The notes: generated by a model not told the origin, from the letters alone. A DNA stretch of 62,265 nt, filler included, from Pirum gemmata (GCA_002812295.1; 21 parts of 21 records of this genome joined end to end with filler, not necessarily neighbours in it), one strand, 5' to 3'; numbered from the whole stretch's first letter, positions 1-14,818 are shown. Program-made: numbers and translations.

Positions 1-33
1 TTAGGGTTAGGGTTAGGGTTAGGGTTAGGGTTA
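1..33 (+). repeat. (TTAGGG)n telomeric-type tract at scaffold start
   Basis: About 5.5 perfect TTAGGG units. The G-rich strand points into the scaffold, so this is interstitial and not a left chromosome end. Confidence 0.95.
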
Positions 34-193
34 GTATACCGACCGGGCATGGATAGTTTGCCTTGGAAGCCTTGAAAGCAGCTACAGGCTCGAGCTGCAG
101 GCACTGTCTATTGATAGCTATCGATACTAGCTACGATACTAGCCAGGCTACTATCGATAGCTATCATAGTCTACTCTAGTTATCAGATAGTAG

Positions 194-426
194 AGGGAAC
201 ATTCATAAAGAACGTCATTAAATTTTATTCTTTGATAGAAGTCATTGCTCGAAAGTGTGATTTAAACTGTTTTAGGCAGTAATAATTATTAAAATGAACT
301 TTTAAAGTTATGACCAAAAGTGTTTTGGACAAAAGAGGCATAGGTAAGAATCCCGTAAGATAATAATATTATAATAATATGAGAGTGGTAAGTGTGATTA
401 AGTGTGGTAAGATTAAGTGACGCCCT
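194..426. mobile_element. Dispersed repeat family E, probable non-autonomous DNA transposon with AGGG...CCCT ends
   Basis: The same sequence recurs inverted at about 20682-20772 and 42294-42443. Ends are AGGGAACA and GTGACGCCCT. No clean TSD; superfamily unresolved. Confidence 0.5.
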
Positions 427-494
427 TTATGATATATGGATGATCCCATATTTTTTTAAGTATTCCATAGCCCGTCTGGAATCTGGATTCTGGA

Positions 495-728
495 AGTAGG
501 GGTGAGATATCTACTGGAACTTTTTTCGAACAGATGCTTATCGAGCCAACCTTAGTTCCGTGTTTCTTACTAATAATAGCAGTTTAATAGCTTAAAATAG
601 TATATTTAATTATAGTAGATACCAATTAAAGTGATAATATTAACATTAATAGTAATAAAAAACATAAAAATCGGAAAAGTTTCGGCAGCTGTTCGGTAAT
701 AATAAAATGACGTCATCTCACCCCTACT
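495..728 (+). mobile_element. MITE family A, copy 1 (14-bp TIR, 8-bp TSD)
   Basis: Perfect TIR AGTAGGGGTGAGAT (495-508) / ATCTCACCCCTACT (715-728). ATTCTGGA is duplicated at 487-494 and 729-736. Confidence 0.92.
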
Positions 729-868
729 ATTCTGGATTCTGGAACCTTGCGATTTTAGGGGATTGATATTTTGCCATATATGTATCTAATAGTGTTTCTT
801 TTTTTGTTCATTCATACTACTATTTTTAGTAATATTAAAATTTCTTATTTTATTTTTTATTTTTTATT

Positions 869-1360
869 GTGCTTTTCATTTATTTTGTTATGCATATTTA
901 TTTGAGCTTTTATTTGGTCATTTATAACATTTTTAAAACGAATAAATAGATAATTAAATAAAAAGGATTTCTTTATTGTATATTTTATGGGAGCGTTCAA
1001 TAATTACGTAACGCTGGGGGTAGGCAGGGGGGGTCGGATTTTTGTGACAGGCCGTGACGCAGTAGGGGGGTAGGTTTTCGTAATATGACATAACGCAAAA
1101 AAANNNNNNNNNNNNNNNNNNNNNNNNNNNNNNNNNNNNNAAAAATTATACCCCTATATATATATATATATAACATGAGGGGTAATTTAGGGTACTATTT
1201 TTCCAAATCGTTACGTCATAAGGGGTAGGTAGTCCTTCTCAAAAGTAACAGCCCATTACACGGGGGGGTAGTAGGGTAGGGTAGGTTTTTGTCCCAAATC
1301 GGCGTTACGTAATTATTGAACGCTCCCTATTATGACAAAATAAATGAAAAGCTAGCCTAT
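869..1360 (+). mobile_element. MITE family C copy interrupted by a family B element
   Basis: Ends GTGCTTTTCATTTATTTTGT ... ACAAAATAAATGAAAAGC. It matches the uninterrupted copy at 16013-16197 once 989-1327 and one TAT are removed. Confidence 0.8.
989..1327 (+). mobile_element. MITE family B (long form), PIF/Harbinger-like
   Basis: Perfect 26-bp TIR GGGAGCGTTCAATAATTACGTAACGC (989-1014 / 1302-1327) and 3-bp TSD TAT. A partial copy lies at about 26782-26856. GGG ends with a 3-bp TSD are typical of Harbinger; that assignment is inference. Confidence 0.88.
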
Positions 1361-1442
1361 AGACCCCCTCTAGCTAGGACTTCTATAGGACTTCTATAGG
1401 CTACTTTTTTTCAACTCAACTATGGCAAAGTCTTGCTGTTTT

Positions 1443-1574
1443 GGGAGCGTTTAAAAATAATACGTCACGTCAAGGAATAGGTAGGTAGGTGGTATTTAAC
1501 CGGAAATTAACGTCGAGGGGTAGGTAGGTAAGGGTATTTGAAGCTGTTTTTGACCGGAAATTGTGAACACTCCC
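1443..1574 (+). mobile_element. MITE family B (short form), PIF/Harbinger-like
   Basis: GGGAGCGTT...AACACTCCC ends with TTT on both flanks and internal GGTAGGTAGG blocks. Other whole or partial copies at about 10775, 13878, 22469, 26957, 27426, 36770, 42095, 48121 and 54154. Confidence 0.8.
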
Positions 1575-2626
1575 TTTANNNNNNNNNNNNNNNNNNNNNN
1601 NNNNNNNNNNNNNNNNNNNNNNNNNNNNNNNNNNNNNNNNNNNNNNNNNNNNNNNNNNNNNNNNNNNNNNNNNNNNNNNNNNTGCTTTTCATTTGTTTTT
1701 TGTCACTCTGAATATTTATTTGGCGGGTTATAATCTTTAAATTGACATTATTAGATCAATAAATAGATAAAAAAATATGCCAAATTAAATTAAATGGATT
1801 TATATTGTATTTATTTGGTACTATTTATTGTATGTTTTATGACGACAAACTACTGGTATTAAATATCGATAGTTGTTTCTTGTAGTCTAGTCTATAGTGT
1901 ATTTTAAATTTCATCAAGGACTTCTTGAAGTCCTTGATTTCATACACTTTTTGTGCTACTACTGCTAGCTACTAGACTTTTTGTGTTTGTGTTTTTCCAG
2001 GGTTTCGGGTAGTTTTTCGCCTTGCGGGTTTCGCTAAGTTTTTGCGATCTTCGTTTGTTCGCGTGTTTGTTCGCGTGTTGGTTCGCGTGTTGTTGGTTTG
2101 TGTGTTTGGTTTTTCTAAACAATAATATTATATAACACTGAGGTACGAAAAAGGTGCTGTCTTTTTTCATAAGTACAATTAGAGTAGACGTGGGATACAG
2201 GAAATTTACATACTAAATATAATAATAAAAATAAAAATACTATTTTAAATAATAAATAAATAATGATTATAAAATAAAAAATAATAAATAAATATCTGAT
2301 TTATAATAATAAATATAATATTAGATATATTATCATGATATAATACATAATATACACAATACATTATGATAAAATTTTATCTCGAATTTCTGATTATATA
2401 TATTTATATCAGTTTCTGATATCAGTTTTTATTATAATATCAATAGTTGATCCTCAAGAAAAAAACAGCCACTAGTAGATTTAATATTAAAAATTTAATA
2501 CTCTCTCATTAGTACCGGTATTATAATAATAATATCGTGCTTTTCATTTAGTTTGACACTCTTAACATTTATTTGGAGGGTTATAATCTTTAAATTGGTA
2601 TTTTTAAATCAATAAATAGATAATAA

Positions 2627-2726
2627 NNNNNNNNNNNNNNNNNNNNNNNNNNNNNNNNNNNNNNNNNNNNTTAATTAATTAANNNNNNNNNNNNNNNNNN
2701 NNNNNNNNNNNNNNNNNNNNNNNNNN
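2627..2726. other. Artificial scaffold linker (44 N + TTAATTAATTAA + 44 N), first of 20
   Basis: The identical cassette has its 12-mer at 2671, 5389, 8143, 10917, 13663, 16387, 19160, 21909, 26901, 29674, 32448, 35178, 39203, 41951, 45168, 47940, 51617, 54098, 56843 and 59594. The 12-mer has stops in all six frames. Confidence 0.98.
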
Positions 2727-3180
2727 AACAACAAACAACAACAAACAACAACAAACAACAAGCAACAACAAGCAACAACAAGCAACAACAAACAAGAACA
2801 AACAAGAACAAGCAACAACAAGCAACAACAAACAACAGTAAACAACCGCAAACAACAGCAAACAACAGCAAACAGCAACAAACAACAACAGACAGCAGCA
2901 AACAACAACAGACAGCAACAAACAACAACAAACAACAACAAACAACAACAAACAACAACAAACAACAACAAAAACAACAGACAGCAATAAACAACAAACA
3001 ACAACAAACAACAACAAACAATAACAAACAATAACAAACAACAGTAGCAACAACAACAACAGGCAGTAGTAAAATCAACAAGAAGAGCAACAACAATAAG
3101 AAATGAGAATAAGAGGAACAAGAAGAACAAGAAGAGCAAGAACAAGAACAAGAACAAGAACAAGAACAAGAACAATATCA
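2727..3180. repeat. Compound A/C-rich microsatellite (AACAACAAAC, then AACAAG)
   Basis: Visible 10-mer then 6-mer periodicity. It lies after the splice donor of the last visible PIG-T exon, so it is intronic. Confidence 0.9.
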
Positions 3181-3194
3181 TAATCATAACTTAC

Positions 3195-5083
<1,889 letters not shown>

Positions 5084-5602
5084 CTATTCAAATAAACGTA
5101 CCAAATTATTATTATGGTTAAAGTATCAGACATGTTTTAATTAATTTGGTGTTTCATACTTAATGTTGTATTTTATAAACAAGTTCAATTACACAATTAA
5201 ACCGTCCCAAGTTAAAAACAAGAAGTGAGAGGATAACTGTAATTTATCGAATGCAAATGTATTGTTATATTATGTTACATATATATATATATAAAGGGGG
5301 TTTAAAATTATAACCCTAACCCTAACCCTAGCCCTAACCCTAACNNNNNNNNNNNNNNNNNNNNNNNNNNNNNNNNNNNNNNNNNNNNTTAATTAATTAA
5401 NNNNNNNNNNNNNNNNNNNNNNNNNNNNNNNNNNNNNNNNNNNNCTAAATAATAAATAAGAATAATAAATTTTCTTATTTATTTTTTAGTTGTTTTCTAT
5501 TTTTTGATTTAATGTAGATCATAATAATAATAATAATAATAATAAATATTATAAATAAATAAATAAATAAAATAAATAAATAAATAAAATAAATAAATAA
5601 AT

Positions 5603-6105
5603 ATGACCAACAAAATTCTTCTGCAGATTTACTATATAACATTTTTGATTTCCGCAGCAATATTAAACGTTACAGGGGATATAGTTGGGGATATTCACGT
5701 CGAGCAACCAATACCCGAACAATATTGTGCCGGTCATCATTTTACATTTAGCATTAGAAACGGCAGGAATGAAATAGGTTCTAGAATCTGTAATGATGAA
5801 ATGGATCCGGATTGTAGTGGTCCTTGTTTTTTCACTACAAATAATGGTATACTGCTTTTTAGTTGTTTTGTCATCATAAATTATACAATAAACAGTATTA
5901 AATTAATACAATATAAATCCATTTAATTTAATTTGGTATTGATTTAAAAATATCAATTTAAAGATTATAACCCTCCAAAAATATTCAGATGAAAGGCACG
6001 ATAATTTGTTTTTAATATGGTTAGGAAGGTTAGGATTAGGGTTAGAGTTATCATTAATAATATATAATAATAGTAATAATAATAATAATAATTGAATTTA
6101 ATCAT

Positions 6106-6185
<80 letters not shown>

Positions 6186-7816
6186 TTCTATTTCTACTTC
6201 TACTTGCTGCTGCTACCACCACCACCACCACCACCACCACCACCACCACCACCACCACTACTACTTTAATAATAGTAATATTAACAACAACAACAACAAC
6301 AACAACGATAACAACAACAACGACAATGATAATGTTATTTGTTTATAATTAAAATTTATTTGTAAATTTATGCATTTATTTACTTATTCCATATATTTAC
6401 TTTTTATTAAATCTAAATCACAAACTCAACATGTGATTTTAGTTATGAATCGGTTAAACTTTCCAGATAGTTTCGGTCAAGGAGCAGATCCTTTGCAAAT
6501 ACCCACCTTAACCCTACAAATTCAAGGTTACACTGATCTTACTAGTCTTCTTGAACCTGTCAATGTTACTCATTTAACTATAAAGTCTGGCTTAAATAAC
6601 CCTAATTTTTATGAGATTCTGAAGTAAAAGTTTTGATATATATATATTATGTTCTGTGCATTGAATTATTTTTACTTATTTATTTATTTTTATTTGTTTA
6701 TTTATATATTTATTTATTACTTTTTTATTTGCTTATTTATATTTATTTGTTTATTATTTATTTATTTATTTTTATGTTAGTTATATTTATTTATTTATTT
6801 ATTTATTATATACACATATTTAAAAGTTTGGCCAAAGAGCAGGATATAAAATATATAAACTTAAAAGGTAATTATGATTATGATTGTTGCGACTTTGCTT
6901 TACATGAATACTACGAAGGTGACGGGGTTACCTTTAATAAATACCAATGTACACACCGCTCACTTCGTTTCCTCGTTTCAACCCTGGAAACATCCTCCTT
7001 TTCAACTGCCGATTGCCCGATGAGTTCGGTCACCGAAAAGGCTTGTGCTCGCCCCGAATTTGCTGGTATGTATTGGAATGGAAGTAATTGTGTTGCATGC
7101 GAAGCTGGTTTTAAGTGTACCAAAGCAACAAAAGAAAATTGCCAAGCCGTATGTGTTTTTTCTAACCCTAACACTAACTCTTACCCAAAACCAAAACCAA
7201 AACCAAAACCAAAACCAAAACCAAAACCAAAACCAAAACCAAAACCAAAACCAAAACCAAAACCAAAACCAAAACCAAAACCAAAACCAAAACCANNNNN
7301 NNNNNNNNNNNNNNNNNNNNNNNNNNNNNNNNNNNNNNNCCAAAACCAAACCCAAACCCAAACCCAAACCCAAACCCAAACCCAAACCCAAACCCAAACC
7401 CAAACCCAAACCCAAACCCAAACCCAAACCCAAACCCAAACCTAGACTAACTATAATCCTAACCTAGACTAACCCTATCCCTTACCCTTACCCTTACCCT
7501 TACCCTAACCCTGATCCTAAAGCCATGTTATTTATTTTCAACAAATTCTCCAGGGTACCTACTCTTTAGATGGGGCTTCGATGTGTACCACCTGCCCTTC
7601 AACGCCTACATGTAAGTCAGGGGTAATATGTAATATTACGAATGGAGAAAGTACTGAGGAGTGTACTGGTGAATGTCACACAGGGTATCATAATGTAATT
7701 GTAGACAATGTTCAATCTTGTAAACCACAAAATTGTACTGCTGAAAGTTTTCGAGAATTGGAAAAAGAAAAATTGAAGAATTTTAATTCAGATTTCGTTG
7801 ATAACTTGGAATGGAT
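5603..7816 (+). CDS. Secreted or cell-surface cysteine-rich protein, four exons (5603-5846, 6443-6623, 6827-7148, 7554-7816), probably 3'-partial
   Basis: Hydrophobic signal-like N-terminus, and all three GT-AG junctions keep frame. CVACEAGFKC...CQA/GTYSLDGASMCTTCP resembles GCC2_GCC3/ephrin-receptor-like Cys repeats. It ends either at the GT at 7817 or at the stop at 7820. Confidence 0.8.
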
Positions 7817-9189
7817 GTAACGCGTTTTATGTTTTGTTTGTTTATTTTTAATTTAATATATTTGATTTACTTATTTTCAATTATTATTATTATTATTATT
7901 GTTTTATTATTTTGTCTATTATTAATATTATTTATTTATGTTTTAATATAATTTATTTTATTTTATTTTTTAATTTTTTTATTGATTATTATTATTACTA
8001 TGTTATTACCATCTTTATATATATAAGTTTAGTAACAACAACAACAACAACAACAGCAACAACAGCAACAACAACAACAACAACTACTACTACTACTANN
8101 NNNNNNNNNNNNNNNNNNNNNNNNNNNNNNNNNNNNNNNNNNTTAATTAATTAANNNNNNNNNNNNNNNNNNNNNNNNNNNNNNNNNNNNNNNNNNNNAA
8201 CAAATAACAATAGCTAAAATTAATAATAATACTAATATTAATATTAATATTATATAATAATAATAACTAAAATTAATAACAATAATATTATACATTAATA
8301 ATAATAAAATTAATAACAATATTATTATTATCACAAGTATGATTATGGTTTTATTTCAGTCGGTGAAGCAATGGCTTTTGTTAAGGAATATGGTAAACTT
8401 ACCTTGTACAATTAAATTATCAGTGAGTGAATATTAACGATTTGGAACGAATTTTTAATATCTTAGGGTTAACGACTTATCACTAATAAAGAAATACGCA
8501 TAATCTCAAAAGAATACAAATAGAATAGAAGAGAAAATTACCTAGAGCCGTGTGATTTTTTAGTTAGGGTATTCACACACCGAAAAAAAATGCGTGAGGT
8601 AAAATTCCGTAGTTTAAAAGTAGATAACATATTGAATACTATATTGGTTTTACGCAAAGTAGCACATTACGAATCAAAAAGTTAAACTGAACTATGTTTA
8701 GTGTATATAAATATGTATATTATATTAATAAATAATAGTGTAATAAACTTCTTTTATTATTATCGATATTTCTTTTTTCACTTCATTTTTGTGATGATTA
8801 TTTTCTTTCTAATAATTATTATAATAATAAAGCTGTTTTCTTACTTTTTTGTGCTTAGCTACTATGATAGTTAGAGTAGCTAGCTAAACCACTGGAAGTC
8901 GAAGTTTTTTTTTTTTATCACGTGTGTGGGTGGGGGGGGACTGTGAGATACTGTGAGGGGGGTCCTAGCTAGGCTCCTAGCTAGTAGCTAGCTAGCTATA
9001 GGTAGCTAATCTACAGAATCTACAGCTCAATCATGTTTTAATTAATTTGGTATTTTATATCAAATTTTAATGCTGTAATTTGGTATCTTATATCAAATTT
9101 TAATGCTGTATTTTATAAAAAAGCTCAATTAAACACTTAAATGGTACCAAATTAAAGATTGAGAGCCCGGGTACTGAGCCCGGGTATAT

Positions 9190-9486
9190 TTAATAAGATC
9201 ACGTCACAAAAGCATTAATGTTACGTCATGATGCTGCTTCACCAGCTAGTCTAGCTAACTAGTAGATCAAAAACTGAAATAAACGTACATGTTTTAATTA
9301 ATTTGGTATTTTATATCAAATTTTAATGCTGTAATTTGGTATTTTATATCAAATTTTAATGCTGTATTTTATAAAATAGCTCAATTAACACTTAAATGGT
9401 ACCAAATTAAAGATTTAGTAGCTAGACTAGCTAGTGAAGCTGCATAATGACGTAATATTGATGCTTTTGTGACGTAATCTTATTAA
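9190..9486. repeat. About 70-bp inverted repeat pair enclosing a family D copy
   Basis: 9190-9258 is the near-exact reverse complement of 9417-9486. The spacer matches family D and also repeats 9032-9160. Confidence 0.8.
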
Positions 9487-11799
9487 GTATTCCTAGCTAC
9501 AGCTAGCTAGAGAATAGGGAACACTCATTATAACTTTAAAAAATAAAAAAATATTCTTTTCTAGATTGCCATTTTAATGACTTAGATTTCAAAATAAAAG
9601 CTTATAGTTTTCATCTGAAAGGTTAGATGGTGGGTGGGTTTTATTGTTTACGGTGACGTCATCAATAAAGGGGTGTTAAGGGGCTACTATCCTAAACTAA
9701 CTTTAAAAAAAAAGGCTAAAAAAGGAAAAAAAGGGAAAAAAAGAAATACATATTATTGGTAAAAGGGAATATTATTTGTATTTTATATTTTATATTTTTT
9801 AATGTCATTATATTAAAGGTTTATGTCTAACATAATATTATATTATGCTAACATTTGTGGATAGTTTTTTTAAAATGAAACTTTAAAAAAAATATCTAAA
9901 TATTATTGGTAGATAGAAATCTTTAATATAATATATATTATGAATTTATGATGGTTCAGTAGAAAAAAGTAAAAATAAATTTTTCTTTTTTTTTATAATA
10001 ATGCTAAAGATAAATAATTGACTTTATTACACTTTTATTACTGTTATTAGTTTATGCGTATTTTTTTAACAACGGTAATAATTTTATTTATTATGATACA
10101 AAAAAAAATTAAAAATAATAATAAATGAATATTTACTTTCAACAAATTGAAGAATTACATTTATTGGGATTAGACCAGTGAATAAATGTTTTTTAAAAAC
10201 GGACTGCTTGGGAGCTTGGGGAGTTTTATAAGTGCAACTTATAAAAACACTTTATTACAAATCTATGATTTTGATTATAGCAATATTCCAGAATATATAT
10301 TGTAACTATTCTAAATAAAAACATGAAATGTTATGATTGTTTCGAACAATATAAATTTATTAAATAAAATTCTTTTAAAAGTTTATAAAATTTCTTTTTC
10401 CACCAAGCCAAGAACTGAGACACTATATATACATAATATATTATATTCCCCTCAAAGTTTAAATCCCTCGTGACGTCATAAACACCTGGTGATGTCATAT
10501 CCGGATTATCCTCTGTGACGTCACACGTAGGTTTGGTTCGTAAAACTATCATACTCACTAAAAGAAAAGTGACCAGTTGTTTTGTCATCATAAAATATAT
10601 AATAAATAGTACCAAATTAATACAATATAAATCCATTTCATTTAATTTGGCATATTTTAATATCTATTTATTAATTTAAAAAGGTCAATTTAAATATCAT
10701 ATCCAACCAAATAAATATTTGAGGTGACAAAAATAAATGAAAAGCGCTACATTTTTTTTTCTATTATGATATAAGGGAGCGTTCAAATACTACGTAACGC
10801 TAATTTCCGGCAAAAACCTACCCACCTACTCAAAAGTCACACAATCGTAACATCGAGAAAAATGATCTACCCNNNNNNNNNNNNNNNNNNNNNNNNNNNN
10901 NNNNNNNNNNNNNNNNTTAATTAATTAANNNNNNNNNNNNNNNNNNNNNNNNNNNNNNNNNNNNNNNNNNNNATAAATAGATAATAAAAGACACCAAATT
11001 AAATTAAATGGTTCATATTGCATAAATTTGGTACTATTTATTGTATATTTTATGATATAAAAAATATAGATATAGCAAAAAGTAGTCATGCATACTAAAT
11101 AATTTACAAACTATTAATTAATATAGCATTAATAAAATACTATAAATATTATGACTAATCCTAATTCCCAAACGTTTCTAACCCGACACCTAAACTAAAT
11201 TTTAACCTTAAAACCCTATCCCTGACCCTGACCCTTACCCTGACCATCTAACCCTAACCCTAACTTTAACTTTAACTCTAACAGTACTCTAACCCTAACT
11301 TTAACTTTAACTCTAACAGTACTCTAACCCTAACCCTATTCTTGCCCTTTATGTGGTTTTAATTTTTTAAGTAAAAAAAAAAAAAAAAATCATTTGTGTT
11401 CGAGTCCTTATTAGTATCAAGCAATTTGTGATTGTCTTAACCCAAACCCAAATGCAGTCCTAATGTTTTCCATTTTCGGAGCTATTCCTTTCCTTTTATG
11501 GTGGCGTAGTATATATTGTGACAGATTTTTAAAAAAATTTAATTTTTTTAAAAAAGTTCATACCTATCCTAACCCTAACCCTAACCCTAACCCTAACCCT
11601 AACCCTAACCCTAACCCTAACCCTTAAACCATAATAAGAGTTAAAGCCTCTACCAAATTACCCAATCCTATGAAACCAGATAACTATATTAATACTTATA
11701 CCCTAATTAAGTACTAATATTCCTTTTTTGGAGATATTATTTCTATTTATGGTGCTACTATTTCCTTTCGTTCACTTTAAAAGTAATACTTCTACTAAT

Positions 11800-12810
11800 A
11801 TAATTCTAAATAATTTTAAATTTTGTAGTTCAAACCTTGTAAAAAATTGTACTAAATACAATAATTAAACATTGTATATTTTGGCTTCTAATTTTAAGAA
11901 TTTCCAAAATACTTACTTAATTAAGTCTTAATTAACACAATAAAACTAATATTTACCTGACATTTTTTAGTTTGTAAATTAATGCTATTGAAGTTGTTGT
12001 ACTTCTCATTTTTTGCTGTTTCCAAATTTGTATCAAACAATGTAATTATTTAAGAAAAAGAAAACTTATTATTATTATTATTATTACTAATCACAGGCAA
12101 TTTTAGTTTTAAATCATTTGTTATTGTACTAAATACAATAATTAAACATTTCATGTTTGGTTTCTAATTCTAAGAATAAAACACTTGCTAAATTAACAAC
12201 TAGTAAAACTAATATTTACCTAACCATTTTTCAGTTTTACGTTAATGTTATTGAAGTTGTTTTTAGTTTTACGTTAATGCTATTGAAGTTGTACTTTTCA
12301 TTTTTGTTGTTTCAAAACTTATATCAGATAGTGTAATTAATAAAAAGAAAACTTATTATTATTATTATTATTATTAACAAGCAACTTTAGTTTTAAATCG
12401 TTTGTTATTTTACTAAATACAATAACTAAAATTTACATATTCGGTTTCTAATTTTAAGAATTTCTAAAACACTAAATTAACATAGTAAACTAATATTTAC
12501 ATAACCATTATTTAGTTTGTAAGTTAATGTTATTAAAGTTGTTGTACTTTTCAGTTTTTGCTGTTTCAAAACTTGTATCAGATAATGCGATTTAAAAACA
12601 AGAAAGCTTATTACTATTATTAATAATAGGAAAATTAGCTTTTTAAATCGTTTCTTATTGTAGTAAATACATTATTTAAACATTGCATGTAGTGTTTCTA
12701 ATTACGCTTATAACTGCATGCTGTATTTCTAATTACGCTTATAAATACATGCTGTGTTACTAATTACACTTATAAATACATGCTGTCTTTCTAAATACGC
12801 TTATAAATCA
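11800..12810. repeat. Diverged tandem repeat of about 280 bp (3.3 units) followed by a 31-bp repeat
   Basis: Anchor TACTAAATACAATAA recurs near 11850, 12127, 12411 and (degenerate) 12661. CATGCTGTATTTCTAATTACGCTTATAAATA occurs about four times at 12686-12810. Confidence 0.8.
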
Positions 12811-12949
12811 CCAATAGAATAGTTCATGAACTGGATAACGAGTGAGTGTTCCTTTGGTAATAAGAGTTTTGTTGAATAATTTGTGTGAACGAGCTTTGAT
12901 ATTCTGGTGTTGTATCTATTATAGTTATTTTTATTAATTTATTAATAAT

Positions 12950-13032
12950 AATAGTAGTAGTAGTAGGTAGTAGTAGTAGTAGTAAGTAGTAGTAGCAAGT
13001 AGTAGTAGTAAGTAGTAGTAGTAAGTAGTAGT

Positions 13033-13070
<38 letters not shown>

Positions 13071-13078
13071 ATAGTAGT

Positions 13079-13161
<83 letters not shown>

Positions 13162-13410
13162 ATTAGTAGTAGTAGTAGTAATTANNNNNNNNNNNNNNNN
13201 NNNNNNNNNNNNNNNNNNNNNNNNNNNNNNNNNNNNNNNNNNNNNNNNNNNNNNNNNNNNNNNNNNNNNNNNNNNNNNNNNNNNNNNNNNNNNNNNNNNN
13301 NNNNNNNNTAGGGTTAGGGTTAGGGTTAGGGTTAGGGTTAGGGTTAGGGTTAGGGTTAGGGTTAGGGTTAGGGTTAGGGTTAGGGTTAGGGTTAGGGTTA
13401 GGGTTAGTGG
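12950..13410. repeat. (AGT)n microsatellite, gap, then (TTAGGG)n
   Basis: Seen directly; TTAGGG tract at 13309-13407 with degenerate hexamers beyond. Confidence 0.95.
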
Positions 13411-14553
13411 GAAGGGGTTAGGGTAATTGGTTAGAATTAGGGTAAAGGTTAGGGTTAAGGTTAAGGTTAAGGGTATGGGTAGGGTAGAGTTAAGGGTAAA
13501 GGTTGGTTATTTTGAAATACTAGTGTTGGTATCAGGGGTAGAGTTAAGAGTAAATATAATAACTGCTGATAATAAGTATTGTTATTTTCATTTTTTTTTT
13601 TTTTTTTTTTTTTTTTTTNNNNNNNNNNNNNNNNNNNNNNNNNNNNNNNNNNNNNNNNNNNNTTAATTAATTAANNNNNNNNNNNNNNNNNNNNNNNNNN
13701 NNNNNNNNNNNNNNNNNNTTGGTATGTTTTATTATCTATTTATTGATTTTAAAAATGTCAATTTAAAGACTATAACCCTCCAAATAAATATTCAGAGTGA
13801 CAAAATAAATGAAAAGCACGATATCATAAACAATCTGCATACCCTAACCCTAACCCTAACCTGAATATCAAAAAAATCAAATAATACGTCACGTCAAGGG
13901 GTAGGTAGGTAGGTGGTATTTGACCGGAAATTAACGTCGAGGGGTAGGTAGGTAGAGGGGTATTTGAAGCTGTATTTGACTGGAAGTTGGCGTTACATAG
14001 TAGTATAACTAGTATAACGCTCCCTTTGCTACTACTAGCTAGCTAGCTAGCTAGTAGTAGGAGGTCTTTTCAAAGCTGAAAAAAAAAAAAAATTACTAGC
14101 TGGAGTAGACTATAGTGAAGAACGTGAAGAACAGGGAAGAAGAAAAAGGAACTTTTGATCGTTTATTTCATTACTTTAAAAATTTTGTACTGTTTTAAGT
14201 GTATAATTGAACTTGTTTATAAAATAAAATATTAATTATAAACTACCAAATTACTTAAAACATGCCCGATAGTTTAACCATAATCAGAATTTGGTAGGCT
14301 ATTTCGGTTTTTTTGAAAATGTGCTACTTATATAGAAAAGTTCTAGAAGAATCAAAGGTCCAAGTCCAAGTTTCTCGTATTCGGTTGGGTATAAAATGTT
14401 ATGAAATCGAAATCAAGAACAAACCCTCGAATAAAAATTGAATATTCTTTTTATTGGTTGATTTCAAAACAGAATAGTATATTTTAATTAGCCAAAATAA
14501 CCACTGAAATAACCAGTCCACTCTCAGAGTCCACTCTAAACCAGCCCGATAAG

Positions 14554-14785
14554 AGTAGGGGTGAAATGACGTCATTTTATTATTACCGAACAGCTGTCGG
14601 AACTTTTCCGATTTTATGGTTTTGTTACTATTAATGTTAATATTGTTACTTTAATTGGTATCTGGTATAATTAGATTTACTATTTTAAGCTATTTAACTA
14701 CTATTATTAGTAAAGAACACGGAGCTAAGGTTGGTTCGATAAGCATCTGTTCGAAAAAAGTTCCAGTAGATATCTCACCCCTACT
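14554..14785 (-). mobile_element. MITE family A, copy 2
   Basis: Inverted relative to copy 1. TIR 13/14 match; CCGATAAG duplicated at 14546-14553 and 14786-14793. Confidence 0.92.
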
Positions 14786-14818
14786 CCGATAAGTCTGGTA
14801 GATTAGCTCTGACAGCTC

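Noticed and set aside
1..33. True chromosome end
   Set aside because: Wrong orientation for a left telomere, and similar tracts occur internally throughout.
2671..2682. Regularly spaced TTAATTAATTAA palindrome as a biological repeat
   Set aside because: It is always centred in exactly 44+44 N and has stops in all six frames: a synthetic spacer.
8359..8503. Possible short exons on the plus strand
   Set aside because: AG/GT signals exist, but I could not fix a frame or recognise a product.
10331..10636. 101-aa ORF
   Set aside because: It starts inside a family C element and runs through a TGACGTCA-rich non-coding patch; no protein features.
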